Source: Planctomycetia bacterium (lineage in GTDB: Bacteria; Planctomycetota; Planctomycetia; Pirellulales; UBA1268). Taken from it: DNA of 64,000 bases. Shown here one piece after another: positions 8,649-18,098 of the stretch (the first letter of the stretch is position 1; every line of letters begins with the position of its first letter). Location: assembly GCA_046074725.1 (NCBI GenBank), contig JBJTOU010000053.1, forward strand, positions 1,751 through 65,750. Reading direction: 5' to 3'. A program made the translations under genes and the position numbers. The notes under the pieces are model-generated. The model had not been told where the DNA came from and made no database searches. It saw only the letters and a list, made by a program, of their open reading frames with translations.

Positions 8649-9635
8649 ATGCATTCTTCCCAACGCATCGTGCTCTGCTATCCCGTCGAGCCCCGTCACC
8701 TGGCTGCGATCCGCGCCGCCGCCCCCGAGGCGACGGTCGTCGATGCCGGCCAGGAACGGATCGCCGACGAACTCCCCACGGCCGACATCTACTGCGGCCA
8801 TGCGAAGGTGCCGGTTCCGTGGAAGTCGATCGTCGCCGGTGGTCGTCTCCGCTGGATTCAATCGTCTGCCGCAGGCCTCGATCATTGTCTCGTGCCCGAG
8901 GTGGTCGCCTCCGACATCGTCGTCACGAGCGCCTCGGGCGTGCTCGCCGACCAAGTGGCAGAGCACGCGCTCGGGTTGGCGATCGCATGCACCCGCCGGC
9001 TCCCCCTGTTCTTCGACCAACAACGTCGCAGGGAGTTCGTGCGGCGACCCACGCGGGATCTCACCGGCGCCACGATCGGCATCGTGGGGATGGGTGGCGT
9101 CGGCCGGCGGCTCGTCGAAGTGCTCGCCCCGTTCCGGGTGCGGATCCTGGCCACCGACTGGTTTCCGAGGGACAAGCCGCGCGACGTCGAGTTTCTTGGG
9201 CCTCCGGAGAGCCTACCGTCACTGCTCGAGCAGGCCGACCTGCTCTTTCTTTGCGTTCCGCTCACGCTGAACACCCGTGGCATGATCGATGCCGCGGCGT
9301 TGGCACGGATGAAGCGTGGCAGCATCCTCGTGAACATGGCCCGCGGCCCCCTCATCGACGAGGACGCCCTCGTCGATGCGTTGGAACACGGGCACCTCGA
9401 CATGGCGGCGCTCGACGTGACCCCCGACGAACCGCCCAAGCCGACGAGCCGCCTCTGGACGGCGCCCCGGCTCATCATCACGCCGCACGTCGCGGGCCAG
9501 GCGGCGCGCCGGATTGATGCAATGACCGAATTCTTCTGCGACAATCTCCGAAGGTACCGTTCCGGACGGTCCCTGCGAAACCAGGTCGACAAGCGGCTCG
9601 GCTTTCCGGAGCCGACCACCGAAGCCACAACATGA
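8649..9635 (+). CDS. D-isomer-specific 2-hydroxyacid dehydrogenase family protein
   Basis: ATG 8649 (MHSSQRIVLCYP). NAD fold GATIGIVGMGGVGRRL. Also ARGPLIDEDALVDALEHGHLDMAALDVTPDEP and ITPHVAG. The part of the track ORF upstream of 8649 is antisense to the DoxX gene. Confidence 0.85.
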   Translation: MHSSQRIVLCYPVEPRHLAAIRAAAPEATVVDAGQERIADELPTADIYCGHAKVPVPWKSIVAGGRLRWIQSSAAGLDHCLVPEVVASDIVVTSASGVLADQVAEHALGLAIACTRRLPLFFDQQRRREFVRRPTRDLTGATIGIVGMGGVGRRLVEVLAPFRVRILATDWFPRDKPRDVEFLGPPESLPSLLEQADLLFLCVPLTLNTRGMIDAAALARMKRGSILVNMARGPLIDEDALVDALEHGHLDMAALDVTPDEPPKPTSRLWTAPRLIITPHVAGQAARRIDAMTEFFCDNLRRYRSGRSLRNQVDKRLGFPEPTTEATT

Positions 9636-10756
9636 CTCCCTCCGAAGACTCCTTCTCGACCGCGATTTTCCAGGACGACCGCCCCACGATCTCGTGCGGC
9701 AGCGAGGTCGTGATCCGGTGTCCCGACGAACTGCTCGCACGCTACGGCGAGATTCTCGAGGCTGGCCGTCTCAATTGGACGGAATACCACAACCTCATGC
9801 GGCGGCTGGGGTCGGGGGGGCAGGGCGTGGTCTATCTGACCACCCGCCGAGGCACCGACAACTTCAGCCTTCCGGTGGCACTCAAAATCTTCTCGCCCGA
9901 GCGGTACGAGTCGGAGGCGCACTACGACGAGGCGATGGGCCGGATCGCGGCGGTGGCCTCGAGGGTCGCCCAGATCCAGCAGGACAATCTGATCGATGTT
10001 CAGAACTTCGTCGAGCAGCGGCGGATCCGAATCATGGAGATGGAGTGGATCGACGGATACGACCTCTCGCGTCTGCTCGCCCCCGAACTGCTCGATCGCA
10101 CGCGGGCCAGCGTCAACGAAGACCGCTGGAAGTATCTCAACAACGTGATCGTCACCGCCGGCCCCCGGCAGTCACGGCTGAAGCCGGGCGTCGCGATCTC
10201 GATCGTCCGCGAGTGCCTGGCCGCCCTCGCCGCGCTCCACCGGGAGGGGATCGTGCATGGCGACGTCAAGAGCGCCAACATCATGGTGAAGCGGACGGGC
10301 AACGCGAAGATCATCGACATCGGCTCGGCGATCGCCCTGGACGACATGCCCCCCAACCGGACCTGCACCCCAGCCTACGCGGCCCCCGAGGTGCTCGAGG
10401 GCCGCGAGAACACCCCCCGATCCGATCTCGCGAGCCTCGGCTACGTGCTCATCGAAATGCTCTCGGGGCAGCCCCCCTTCGCCGGCCTGCAGTCGTACCG
10501 CGACCTGCTCGAGGCGAAGCGGTCGCTCGCCCACCGCCTCCCACAACTTCTCCCGGCGGAGGTCGCGGTGAACGAGCTCTTGATGAGTTTTGTGCGAGGC
10601 ATGATCGCGGCCGACCCAGCCAAGCGATTTCCGAGCGCCGAGGACGCCGACCTTCTCAAGGAGGGGGCCGCCAGCTTCCACCGCCAGTTGATCGTGGGAG
10701 GGCTGGCGAGCGAATACGAAAACGAAATCCGAGCCTGGCTGGAGGAGCTGGATTAG
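9632..10756 (+). CDS. Ser/Thr protein kinase, soluble, with variant catalytic motifs
   Basis: G-loop LGSGGQGVVYL, VALKIF, catalytic loop HREGIVHGDVKSANIM, IIDIGSA, TPAYAAPEVLEG. ATG 9632 overlaps the upstream TGA (ATGA). Confidence 0.85.
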   Translation: MTPSEDSFSTAIFQDDRPTISCGSEVVIRCPDELLARYGEILEAGRLNWTEYHNLMRRLGSGGQGVVYLTTRRGTDNFSLPVALKIFSPERYESEAHYDEAMGRIAAVASRVAQIQQDNLIDVQNFVEQRRIRIMEMEWIDGYDLSRLLAPELLDRTRASVNEDRWKYLNNVIVTAGPRQSRLKPGVAISIVRECLAALAALHREGIVHGDVKSANIMVKRTGNAKIIDIGSAIALDDMPPNRTCTPAYAAPEVLEGRENTPRSDLASLGYVLIEMLSGQPPFAGLQSYRDLLEAKRSLAHRLPQLLPAEVAVNELLMSFVRGMIAADPAKRFPSAEDADLLKEGAASFHRQLIVGGLASEYENEIRAWLEELD

Positions 10757-10923
10757 ATCGCACCCCAGATAGCTGTAGCGACGATCTGACAAGCTGAGAA
10801 AGGTAGGAGAGGGGGTCGGCGAATGCTCGAGGAGCGTTGGGCGTATCCTCGCCCCGCGACAATCCGCAGGACCGCCCCGCGGTGACTTTTGCCGCCCCCG
10901 AGCCGGCGATACACGTAGGCCGG
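10757..10923 (+). repeat. Copy 1 of a ~170-nt dispersed intergenic element (sense orientation relative to the kinase gene)
   Basis: Hand alignment to the reverse complement of 31087-31257 gives roughly 90% identity, with about a dozen substitutions and one 4-nt indel. It starts directly after the TAG stop. It contains the hairpin ACCGC-CCC-GCGGT followed by GACTTTTGCC (10871-10893). Confidence 0.85.
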
Positions 10924-10938
10924 CGACATGTCGACGCC

Positions 10939-11769
10939 TCAGCGTGACGTCGTGCGCCCCAGCCGCCTGTAGACCGCGGCGATCAATGCCGTGGTGCCGC
11001 GCGGGGCCAGCCGCTTGAGCCGCCAGAGGGATCGTGCGGTGCGACCGACGACCACGTAGCGTCGATCGCGATCGATGGCACGAACGACGCGGGCCGCGAC
11101 GGCGTCGCTCGTCCAACGAGCCGCGCCCATGCGCCGGCGAGCCTCGTGGGATTCGAGTTCGGCCGAAAAGTGCCACGTGTCGAGCAGCCCCGATCGGAAG
11201 AAGCCGGGGCAGACGACCGTCACGCCGGGCCGGCGTCGGACGCACTCGGCGGCGATCGCATCCGAGAGCGCGATCACGCCCGCCTTGCTCGCCGAATACG
11301 CGGCCATCGACGGGGGAGCGATGATGCCGGCGATCGAAGCGACATTGACCACGTGCGAACGGCTCGGGTGTTCCCTGAGCCACGGAAGGAACGTCTCGCA
11401 GCCGAGGGCGGTCCCGAGAAGATTGGTGTCGAGAACCCGGCGCCAGTGACTTTCCGGGAGCCTGCCGACCTCGCCCGTGGCGCCAACGCCGGCGCAGTTG
11501 ACGAGCAGTTCGAGCGTCGGCCAATCGTTTCGAAGCCGATCATGCACCACCCTCCAGTGGGATGGCTCACGGACATCGAGCGCGAAGGGGATGCCATCCC
11601 CTCCACGACGATCGACCTCCACCCGCACCGCCTCGAGACGGGCCTCGTCGAGATCGGTCAGGCAGATCCGCCATCCCGCGTCGGCCAGTTCCAGGGCGAT
11701 CGCCCGACCCAGGCCGCTCGCGGCACCGGTGACAATCGCCGCGCCCCTCTGCCAGTGCATACGGCCCAT
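10939..11769 (-). CDS. Short-chain dehydrogenase/reductase (SDR) family oxidoreductase
   Basis: AAIVTGAASGLGRAIALEL, NCAG, SMAAYSASKAG. ATG 11769 (MGRMHWQRG) was chosen because the longer track ORF would overlap the tRNA. Confidence 0.85.
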   Translation of the reverse strand: MGRMHWQRGAAIVTGAASGLGRAIALELADAGWRICLTDLDEARLEAVRVEVDRRGGDGIPFALDVREPSHWRVVHDRLRNDWPTLELLVNCAGVGATGEVGRLPESHWRRVLDTNLLGTALGCETFLPWLREHPSRSHVVNVASIAGIIAPPSMAAYSASKAGVIALSDAIAAECVRRRPGVTVVCPGFFRSGLLDTWHFSAELESHEARRRMGAARWTSDAVAARVVRAIDRDRRYVVVGRTARSLWRLKRLAPRGTTALIAAVYRRLGRTTSR

Positions 11770-11789
11770 GAAACGATCGGGGAGAAAAG

Positions 11790-11863
11790 CGAGGGTGACG
11801 GGACTCGAACCCGCGGCCTCCAACGTGACAGGCTGGCGCTCTAACCAACTGAGCTACACCCCC
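11790..11863 (-). tRNA. tRNA-Asp (anticodon GTC), CCA not encoded
   Basis: The minus strand reads GGGGGTGTAGCTCAGTTGGTTAGAGCGCCAGCCTGTCACGTTGGAGGCCGCGGGTTCGAGTCCCGTCACCCTCG. It folds as a cloverleaf: 7-bp acceptor with one GU pair, D arm GCTC/GAGC, anticodon loop CTGTCAC, and T arm GCGGG/CCCGT with TTCGAGT. Confidence 0.93.
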
Positions 11864-11997
11864 GTGTGCCTCGCGGACGACCACGATGCGACGGGAATCT
11901 CTCGCGACCGAAGTTTATCGGGTTTTCCAGGCGGCTCGACAAGCCCCCCGTTTCCCGCCGTCACAACCCGCTTCTCCGAGGCAACCCTGTCCGTCCA

Positions 11998-14900
11998 TCA
12001 CGCCGCACGACCGGTCGGCGACAGTTTGGGCGCGAACCATGGATAGATCGCGGGCACCACGAAGGCGGTCAGCAGCGTGCTGGTGACGATTCCGCCGATC
12101 ACGACGGTGGCCAGCGGCCGCTGGATCTCGGCGCCAGACGACGTGGCCATCGCCATCGGGAGGAATCCGAGGCTCGCCACGAGCGCCGTCATCAGCACCG
12201 GCCTGATCCGCACCTCCGCCGTCATCAGCGCCGCCTCCCGCGGCGAAAGCCCTCCGTCCCGGGCGTGCTCGGCTCCGGCCACCCAGACAAGTCCGTTGAG
12301 CACCGCCACGCCGAACAGCGCCACGAATCCGACCCCGGCGGCGATCGAGAAGGGCATGCCCCGCAGCGCCAGCGCCGCGATGCCCCCCGATGCGGCGACC
12401 GGCACGGCGCAGAAGATCAGCGCCGCGAGCCGGAGCGACTTGAAGCTCGTGTAGAGCAGCAGCGCGATCAGCCCGAGCACCACGGGCGTGATCAGCAAGA
12501 GCCGGCGGCTTGCGCTCACGAGGTTCTCGAAATCGCCCCCCCAGTCGATCGAATACCCGGCCGGAAATTTTACGGAGGCCGAGATCCGCCGCTGCGCGTC
12601 GGCCACGAAACTGGCCACGTCGCGACCCCGCACGTTTGCCGAGACGTAGGTTCGCCGACGGGAGTCCTCGTGCTCGATCGACGGCGGGCTTTCCTCGATC
12701 CGGATATCGGCCAGTTCACCCAGCGGCACCGGGCGGCCGCCGGCGGTCGCCACCGGGATCTGCGGCACGAGCTCCTCGTTCTCGCGCCACGCCTGCGGGA
12801 ACTTCACGACGAGCGGGAATCGCGGCCGCCCCTCGTAGATCACCCCCGTCTGGATGCCACCCATCGCCGAAACCGTCTGCATGACATCGATGCCGTCGAT
12901 GCCATGCCGGGCGAGCTGATCCTGGCGGGCGTCGATCCGCAGCGTCGGCACGTTGGCCTGCCAGTCGGCCCGCACGTCGGCGGCGCCGGGGATTTCCCGA
13001 AGCACACCCTCGATCCGCTTGCCGAGGCTGCCGAGGGTGGCCAGGTCATCTCCATACACCAGCACGGCGACATCGGCCTTCACGCCCGCCACGAGCTCGT
13101 CCACCCGCATCTCGATCGGCTGGCTGAAGCCGAAATTCGCCCCTGGCACCGCGGCGGTGAGGGCGTGCGACATGCGCTCGACGAGGCCGTCGCGGGTCAC
13201 GCCCGGTGGCCACGACGCCCGGGGATGAAGCATCACCCAGACATCGGTCTGCTGCACACCCATGATGTCGTTGGCGATCTCGGGCCGACCGGTCTTGCAG
13301 AAGACCGTCCGCACCTCGGGGAAGTCGCCAAGAACCTGCTCGATCCGCGTGGTAAGCGGGATGGAATCCTCGAGGGTGGCGCTTGGCAGGCGGTTGACCT
13401 CGATCAGCAGGTCTCCTTCGTCGAGCCGCGGCATGAACTCGGCCCCGAGCCGCATCGCGACAGGCAGGCTCGCCGCGACCAGCACTGCGGCGGCGGTCGA
13501 GATCACCACGGGATGATGCACCGCGAAGCTCGCGAGCGGGCGATAGAGGCGATGGAAGACCCGCATGATCATCGGCTCGTGTTCCTCCTCCCGGGAGAGG
13601 ACCGTCGCCGCGAGCACGGGCATCAGCGTGAGCGAGATCACCAGCGACCCGAGCAGGGCAAACAGGACCGTCAGGGCCATCGGGCGGAAGAGTTTTCCTT
13701 CCGTCCCCTCCAAGAACAGGATCGGCAGGTAGACGATGGCGATGATCAGTTCACCGAACATGGTCGGCCCGCGGACTTCGATGGCGGCATCGCGCACCAC
13801 ATCGATCCGGGAGGCGGCGGTCGGCGCCAACCCGAGGCGGCGAACGCAGTTTTCGACCATGATCACCGAGCTGTCGACCACGAGGCCGAAGTCGATGGCT
13901 CCGAGGCTCATGAGGCTCGCCGGAATGCCGACGGCCCACATGATGTTCGACGCGAAGAGCATGGAGAGCGGGATCGCGAGCGAGACGATCAGTCCGGCCC
14001 TCACGTTGCCCAGCAGCACCAGCAGCACCGCGATCACGAGCAGCCCACCCTCGGCGAGATTGTGCAGCACCGTGTCGAGGGTTCGGGCGATCAGTTCGGA
14101 GCGATCGTAGAGGATCTCGATATCGACACCCGGCGGCAGCGACTTCCGCACCTCCTCGAGTTTCGCCTTCGCCGCCGTCACGACGCGACGGCTGTTCTCG
14201 CCCCGGATCATCATCACCATGCCGGTGACGGCCTCGCCACGGCCATCCCGCGTGGCGGCACCCTGGCGGGGCAGGGCACCGATCGTCACGGTGCCGATGT
14301 CGCGGATCATGACCGGCACGCCGCCGGCCGGGCTCCGGACGATCACCCGCTCGATGTCGGCGACATCGCGGAGCAACGACTCGCCACGGATGAATCGCTG
14401 CTCTCCGTTTTTGACGACATAGCCTCCCCCCGTGCTCGTGTTGTTCCGGTCGAGGGCGGCGAGCACCTCGGCAAGCGAGATGCCGTGCGACGACATGCGA
14501 TCGGGATCGATCTGTACCTCGTAGGCTTTCGCGAAGCCGCCGTGGCTATTGATGTCGGTCACGCCGGGCACCGTCCGCATCATGGGAGCGATGTCCCACT
14601 CGAGAATGCTGCGGACATCCACCAGGCTCCGGCCGGCCCCCTTGACCTCGAATTGAAGAATTTCGCCGAGGGCGGTCGACAGGGTGCCGAGCTGGGGATC
14701 GGCCTCGGCCACCGAAATGCCCCCTCGGGCGGCCGGCAGCCGCTCCGCCACCATTTGCCTCGCGCGAAGGATGTCGGTGCCCTCTGTGAAGACGATCGTG
14801 ACCAGCGAGATGCCAAGCCGCGAGATGCTCCGCAGCTCCACGACGCTCGGAAGCCCGCTCATCGCGAGCTCGACCGGATAGGTGATCAGCCGCTCGACCT

Positions 14901-15078
14901 CCATCGGCGGCAGGGTGCCCGCCTCGGTCACGACCTGCACCTGCACGTTGACCAGGTCGGGCACCGCATCGACCGGAATCCGCGTGGCGGCGAAAAGTCC
15001 GCCGAGCGCCATGAGGACGAACAGCGCAATCACCAGCGCCCTGTTCGCCAACGACCACTCGATCACGCCCGACAGCAC
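11998..15078 (-). CDS. RND efflux transporter permease, CusA/CzcA (heavy-metal efflux)-like
   Basis: 1026 aa. N-terminus LSGVIEWSLANRALVIALFVLMALGGLFAATRIPVDAVPDLVNVQVQVVTEAGTLPPMEVERLITYPVE, with 12-TM RND architecture. GTG start at 15078 is preceded by GGAG. Confidence 0.88.
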   Translation of the reverse strand: MLSGVIEWSLANRALVIALFVLMALGGLFAATRIPVDAVPDLVNVQVQVVTEAGTLPPMEVERLITYPVELAMSGLPSVVELRSISRLGISLVTIVFTEGTDILRARQMVAERLPAARGGISVAEADPQLGTLSTALGEILQFEVKGAGRSLVDVRSILEWDIAPMMRTVPGVTDINSHGGFAKAYEVQIDPDRMSSHGISLAEVLAALDRNNTSTGGGYVVKNGEQRFIRGESLLRDVADIERVIVRSPAGGVPVMIRDIGTVTIGALPRQGAATRDGRGEAVTGMVMMIRGENSRRVVTAAKAKLEEVRKSLPPGVDIEILYDRSELIARTLDTVLHNLAEGGLLVIAVLLVLLGNVRAGLIVSLAIPLSMLFASNIMWAVGIPASLMSLGAIDFGLVVDSSVIMVENCVRRLGLAPTAASRIDVVRDAAIEVRGPTMFGELIIAIVYLPILFLEGTEGKLFRPMALTVLFALLGSLVISLTLMPVLAATVLSREEEHEPMIMRVFHRLYRPLASFAVHHPVVISTAAAVLVAASLPVAMRLGAEFMPRLDEGDLLIEVNRLPSATLEDSIPLTTRIEQVLGDFPEVRTVFCKTGRPEIANDIMGVQQTDVWVMLHPRASWPPGVTRDGLVERMSHALTAAVPGANFGFSQPIEMRVDELVAGVKADVAVLVYGDDLATLGSLGKRIEGVLREIPGAADVRADWQANVPTLRIDARQDQLARHGIDGIDVMQTVSAMGGIQTGVIYEGRPRFPLVVKFPQAWRENEELVPQIPVATAGGRPVPLGELADIRIEESPPSIEHEDSRRRTYVSANVRGRDVASFVADAQRRISASVKFPAGYSIDWGGDFENLVSASRRLLLITPVVLGLIALLLYTSFKSLRLAALIFCAVPVAASGGIAALALRGMPFSIAAGVGFVALFGVAVLNGLVWVAGAEHARDGGLSPREAALMTAEVRIRPVLMTALVASLGFLPMAMATSSGAEIQRPLATVVIGGIVTSTLLTAFVVPAIYPWFAPKLSPTGRAA

Positions 15079-15122
15079 GTCAGATTCTCCACTGCGAAAC
15101 GGTTTCGTTCGGCCCGCGCCGA

Positions 15123-16682
15123 TCAGCCCTCGTCCTCGAGGAGAAGTTCACTCTTGAGGACGAAGGCCCCGCGGGCCACGACCTGCTGGCCGGGCTCGAG
15201 ACCACGGGTCACTTCGATGAAACCGTCCTCCTCGATGCCGGTGTCGATATCGACCCGGCGGAAGCCCCCATCAGCGGGGATGAACACGAACGCCCGCCCC
15301 TCGTGCCTCATGACGGCGGCGACCGGCACGGCCACGGCGTCTCGGCTCTCGCCCGACGGAAAATCGACCCAGACGAACATGCCAGGCTTGAAGTGGGCAT
15401 CGTCGTTCGTGAGATCCGCCACGATCGGCACGCTCCGCGATTCCGGATCGACGGTGGCCGCTATGTGGTTGATCATCGCGACGGTACGGTGCTCGGACGC
15501 ACCGGGCACGACCACGCGAACCTCGTCGCCTGGCGCCACATCGACCGTCGTCCATTGGTTCTCGTGGACCTGGGCCCTGACCCAGAGGCGGCTCGTGTCG
15601 GCGACCACGAACATCCGGTCGCCTCCGTTCACCCGTTGGCCACGGCTCACGAAGATCTCCTCGACGACGCCATCGAACGGCGTGCGGAGCGGCAGGCGGC
15701 TGATGGTTTCGCCCGCCATCGTGTCGTCGTCGTCCGCGGAAGGGACGACCAATCGATCGTCCGGCGTGCCGGCATCGAGGCGGCTCCCGACGAGCGTCCG
15801 GAGATTTTCCCGCGAGACCCGCACGAGCCGTTCGGCCTGATCGAGCGATGCCTTTGCCTTGTCTCGTTCCTGAAGCGTGTCGAACTTCGCCTTTTCGCAG
15901 GCTGCCACGAAACTCGCCCGCGCGACCTCGAGGTTGCTCGTGCGCTCATCGATGATTCGGCCGGAGAGCACCCCTCCTTCGCCGAGCTGCTTCGTGCTCG
16001 CAATCACCTTTTCGACATAGAGCAGCCGCGAGTAGGCACCCAGAATCGTCTCGCGATAGTCGCCGAGCACACGATCGCTGAACCGGCCCTCGACGTCCTC
16101 GAGCGGCGGGTGGCGATCGAGGACGCCGAGCAGCGACTGAACGTTGTCGGCGATTGTCGCGGTCCACTCGGCCGCCTTTCGGGCGATCTCGCGATCGTCC
16201 TCACGTTTCCTCACCTCGTCGCGAGCCGCGCCAACCTCGGGGCTCGAGACTTCCGCGAGCGAATCCCCCTTCGTCACCTGCTGCCGCACCTTGACGCACA
16301 GGCGCGACACGATCCCATCCACGGGCGAGTCGTAGTCGATCCGGCTTCGGGCGTCGTAGTCGAGCCTTCCGGGGACGGTCAGATGGGCCCGCAAAGGCCG
16401 TCGCTCGACAAGGGCGAGCCCGATGTCGTCGCCGGCCGATCCCTCGGGGAGCCGTACCATGCCGGGGCCGGTCGATCGGGACTCGGGACCAGCACTCGAT
16501 GGCTCGGCATGATCCGTGCCGCTGAAATGATGCGTCGCGAGCCACCACCATGCCAGTCCGGCAAGCACGAGCACCATGGCGCCGGGAAGGCCGCGCCGCA
16601 CCGACGCCAACGACAGCGACGCTCCCGCAGGGCGATGCTGTCGTCCAGTGAGGCCCTGCGGCTCGTTGCTGCGTGAGTTCAT
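15123..16682 (-). CDS. Efflux RND periplasmic adaptor (membrane fusion protein)
   Basis: 519 aa with an N-terminal TM (AMVLVLAGLAWWWLA), a coiled-coil middle and a beta-barrel C-terminal region. It is immediately upstream of the RND permease. ATG confirmed at 16680-16682. Confidence 0.75.
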   Translation of the reverse strand: MNSRSNEPQGLTGRQHRPAGASLSLASVRRGLPGAMVLVLAGLAWWWLATHHFSGTDHAEPSSAGPESRSTGPGMVRLPEGSAGDDIGLALVERRPLRAHLTVPGRLDYDARSRIDYDSPVDGIVSRLCVKVRQQVTKGDSLAEVSSPEVGAARDEVRKREDDREIARKAAEWTATIADNVQSLLGVLDRHPPLEDVEGRFSDRVLGDYRETILGAYSRLLYVEKVIASTKQLGEGGVLSGRIIDERTSNLEVARASFVAACEKAKFDTLQERDKAKASLDQAERLVRVSRENLRTLVGSRLDAGTPDDRLVVPSADDDDTMAGETISRLPLRTPFDGVVEEIFVSRGQRVNGGDRMFVVADTSRLWVRAQVHENQWTTVDVAPGDEVRVVVPGASEHRTVAMINHIAATVDPESRSVPIVADLTNDDAHFKPGMFVWVDFPSGESRDAVAVPVAAVMRHEGRAFVFIPADGGFRRVDIDTGIEEDGFIEVTRGLEPGQQVVARGAFVLKSELLLEDEG

Positions 16683-16758
16683 CGGGAGTGCATGGAGATT
16701 TCGAGGATGCTACCGGTCTGAACACACGGCACGCAAGGTGAAGGACTCATAGTCTCGA

Positions 16759-17676
16759 TCACATCCGCCCACGCGACGGATCGAAGCCTTTTTTTCTCGC
16801 GATCTCGAAATCCTGCTCGGCCTGCGACTCCAACCCGATGGCCTGGCATGCGAGCGCCCGATGATGGTGCATGACCGCCAGCGACTGGTCGAACCATCTC
16901 AGCCGCTGGGCGAGAGCGACGTCATCGTTTCCGTCGGCCATCTGCATCACCCGCCGTCGCTGACGCTGCAGACCGTCGATCGCCACATTGAGATCATCGA
17001 CCGCCTCCTGCTGGCGGCCGAGCAGATGGAGCACGAAGCCTCGTGTGTCGAGGAATTCAGGCGGCCCGTCGTTCCGGCCCGCCAAGGCGATCTCGATGTC
17101 CGCCATGGCTTCCGAAAGCTCTCGTCCCACCAGCGCCCTGATGTAGGCGCGGTGGTTGACTGCCTCCGGATCGCCCGCTCCCGAAACCTGAACCACCCGT
17201 TCCGCGTCGGCCAGTGCCGCCTCGACGTTGCCGGCGACCACGTGGGCAAGGGCTCTCACCCGTGGCGGCCAGGGGTTCATGGGCGCACGCGCGGCCGCCT
17301 CGTCGGCATCGTCGATCGCACCGGCAGCATCACGGTCCTGAAGTCGAAGCATCGACCGCATGCAGAGCAGGTCGGCATCACCGCCGGACCAGTCGATGGC
17401 ACGGCTCATGGCTGCCACGGCAGCGGGCAGGTCGTCGCGCACCTCGTGGATGGCGGCCCGCTCGAGCGACCATACGACGACCGCTTCGCGAATCGTCGGC
17501 ATCACAGCCGGACCGAAAACCGCCGACAGGATGACGGCTGCGAGGAAAACGCCGACGAGCAGCCGCTTGCCGGCCCCCGCCCGACGCCGGGATGGAGCCG
17601 CCGCTCCAGCCTCGACGGGAGCGTCGAATTCAGCCGGTATCGGAAATCCTTCGCGGTCGTATCGCATGGCACCCAT
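16759..17676 (-). CDS. Membrane-anchored TPR-like repeat protein
   Basis: MGAMRYDREGF...KRLLVGVFLAAVILSAVFGPAV (TM) is followed by Ala/Asp-rich helical repeats. The start is ambiguous (17676 or 17667). Confidence 0.6.
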   Translation of the reverse strand: MGAMRYDREGFPIPAEFDAPVEAGAAAPSRRRAGAGKRLLVGVFLAAVILSAVFGPAVMPTIREAVVVWSLERAAIHEVRDDLPAAVAAMSRAIDWSGGDADLLCMRSMLRLQDRDAAGAIDDADEAAARAPMNPWPPRVRALAHVVAGNVEAALADAERVVQVSGAGDPEAVNHRAYIRALVGRELSEAMADIEIALAGRNDGPPEFLDTRGFVLHLLGRQQEAVDDLNVAIDGLQRQRRRVMQMADGNDDVALAQRLRWFDQSLAVMHHHRALACQAIGLESQAEQDFEIARKKGFDPSRGRM

Positions 17677-17749
17677 TTCAAAGTATCTTATGCCCGCGGC
17701 GAAGGGTGGCACGAATGCCAGCATCGCCGTTTCCGCCGGAGGCAGCCGC

Positions 17750-18076
17750 ATGCCGCTCTTCGAGATCGAGACCGAAGGCCACATCATCATCTCGTGGGCC
17801 GCCGACGAACAGGCTGCCGAGGCCGTGGTAGCCGATGCCTATCCGCACGAGAAAATCGTCCGTCTGACGCGTCGTCCCAGGGATACCTGGGTGATCTCGA
17901 AGTCGGCCCTCGGCCTCACCGATACCCGGCACAACCCGTGCAGCACGGCTCGCGAATGCCTCGCGAAAGCGTCTGGGGACAAGCTCCACGCGATCCGGCT
18001 CTACATGCACGAGACCGGTGATGATCTCGACCGTGCCCGCAAGGTGATCGAGTCCACAATGGTCATGGGCTGGTGA
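17750..18076 (+). CDS. Hypothetical protein (108 aa)
   Basis: ATG 17750 is preceded by GGAGG 8 nt upstream. MPLFEIETEGHIIISWAADEQAAEAVVADAYPHEKIVRLTRRPRDTWVISK... with GC3-rich codons. Confidence 0.6.
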   Translation: MPLFEIETEGHIIISWAADEQAAEAVVADAYPHEKIVRLTRRPRDTWVISKSALGLTDTRHNPCSTARECLAKASGDKLHAIRLYMHETGDDLDRARKVIESTMVMGW

Positions 18077-18098
18077 GGGCAGCCGCCCCCCGGCAGCC

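Noticed and set aside
10656-10862. Short ORFs encoding the conserved peptide RGEDTPNAPRAFADPL in both repeat copies (also 31100..31324 +)
   Set aside because: The two ORFs have different starts and stops and extend into unrelated flanking sequence, one of them antisense to the kinase 3' end. Conservation is confined to the repeat, so it is nucleotide-level.
11790-11863. tRNA-Asp as a possible genomic-island integration site
   Set aside because: There is no integrase, no duplicated tRNA 3' segment and no compositional shift on either side. The neighbours are an SDR gene and an efflux operon with normal codon bias.
11866-15840. 1324-aa ORF on the + strand
   Set aside because: It is exactly antisense to the RND permease and adaptor genes. 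Its translation is Arg/His/Asp/Gly/Pro-rich nonsense with no motifs. This is a typical high-GC shadow ORF.
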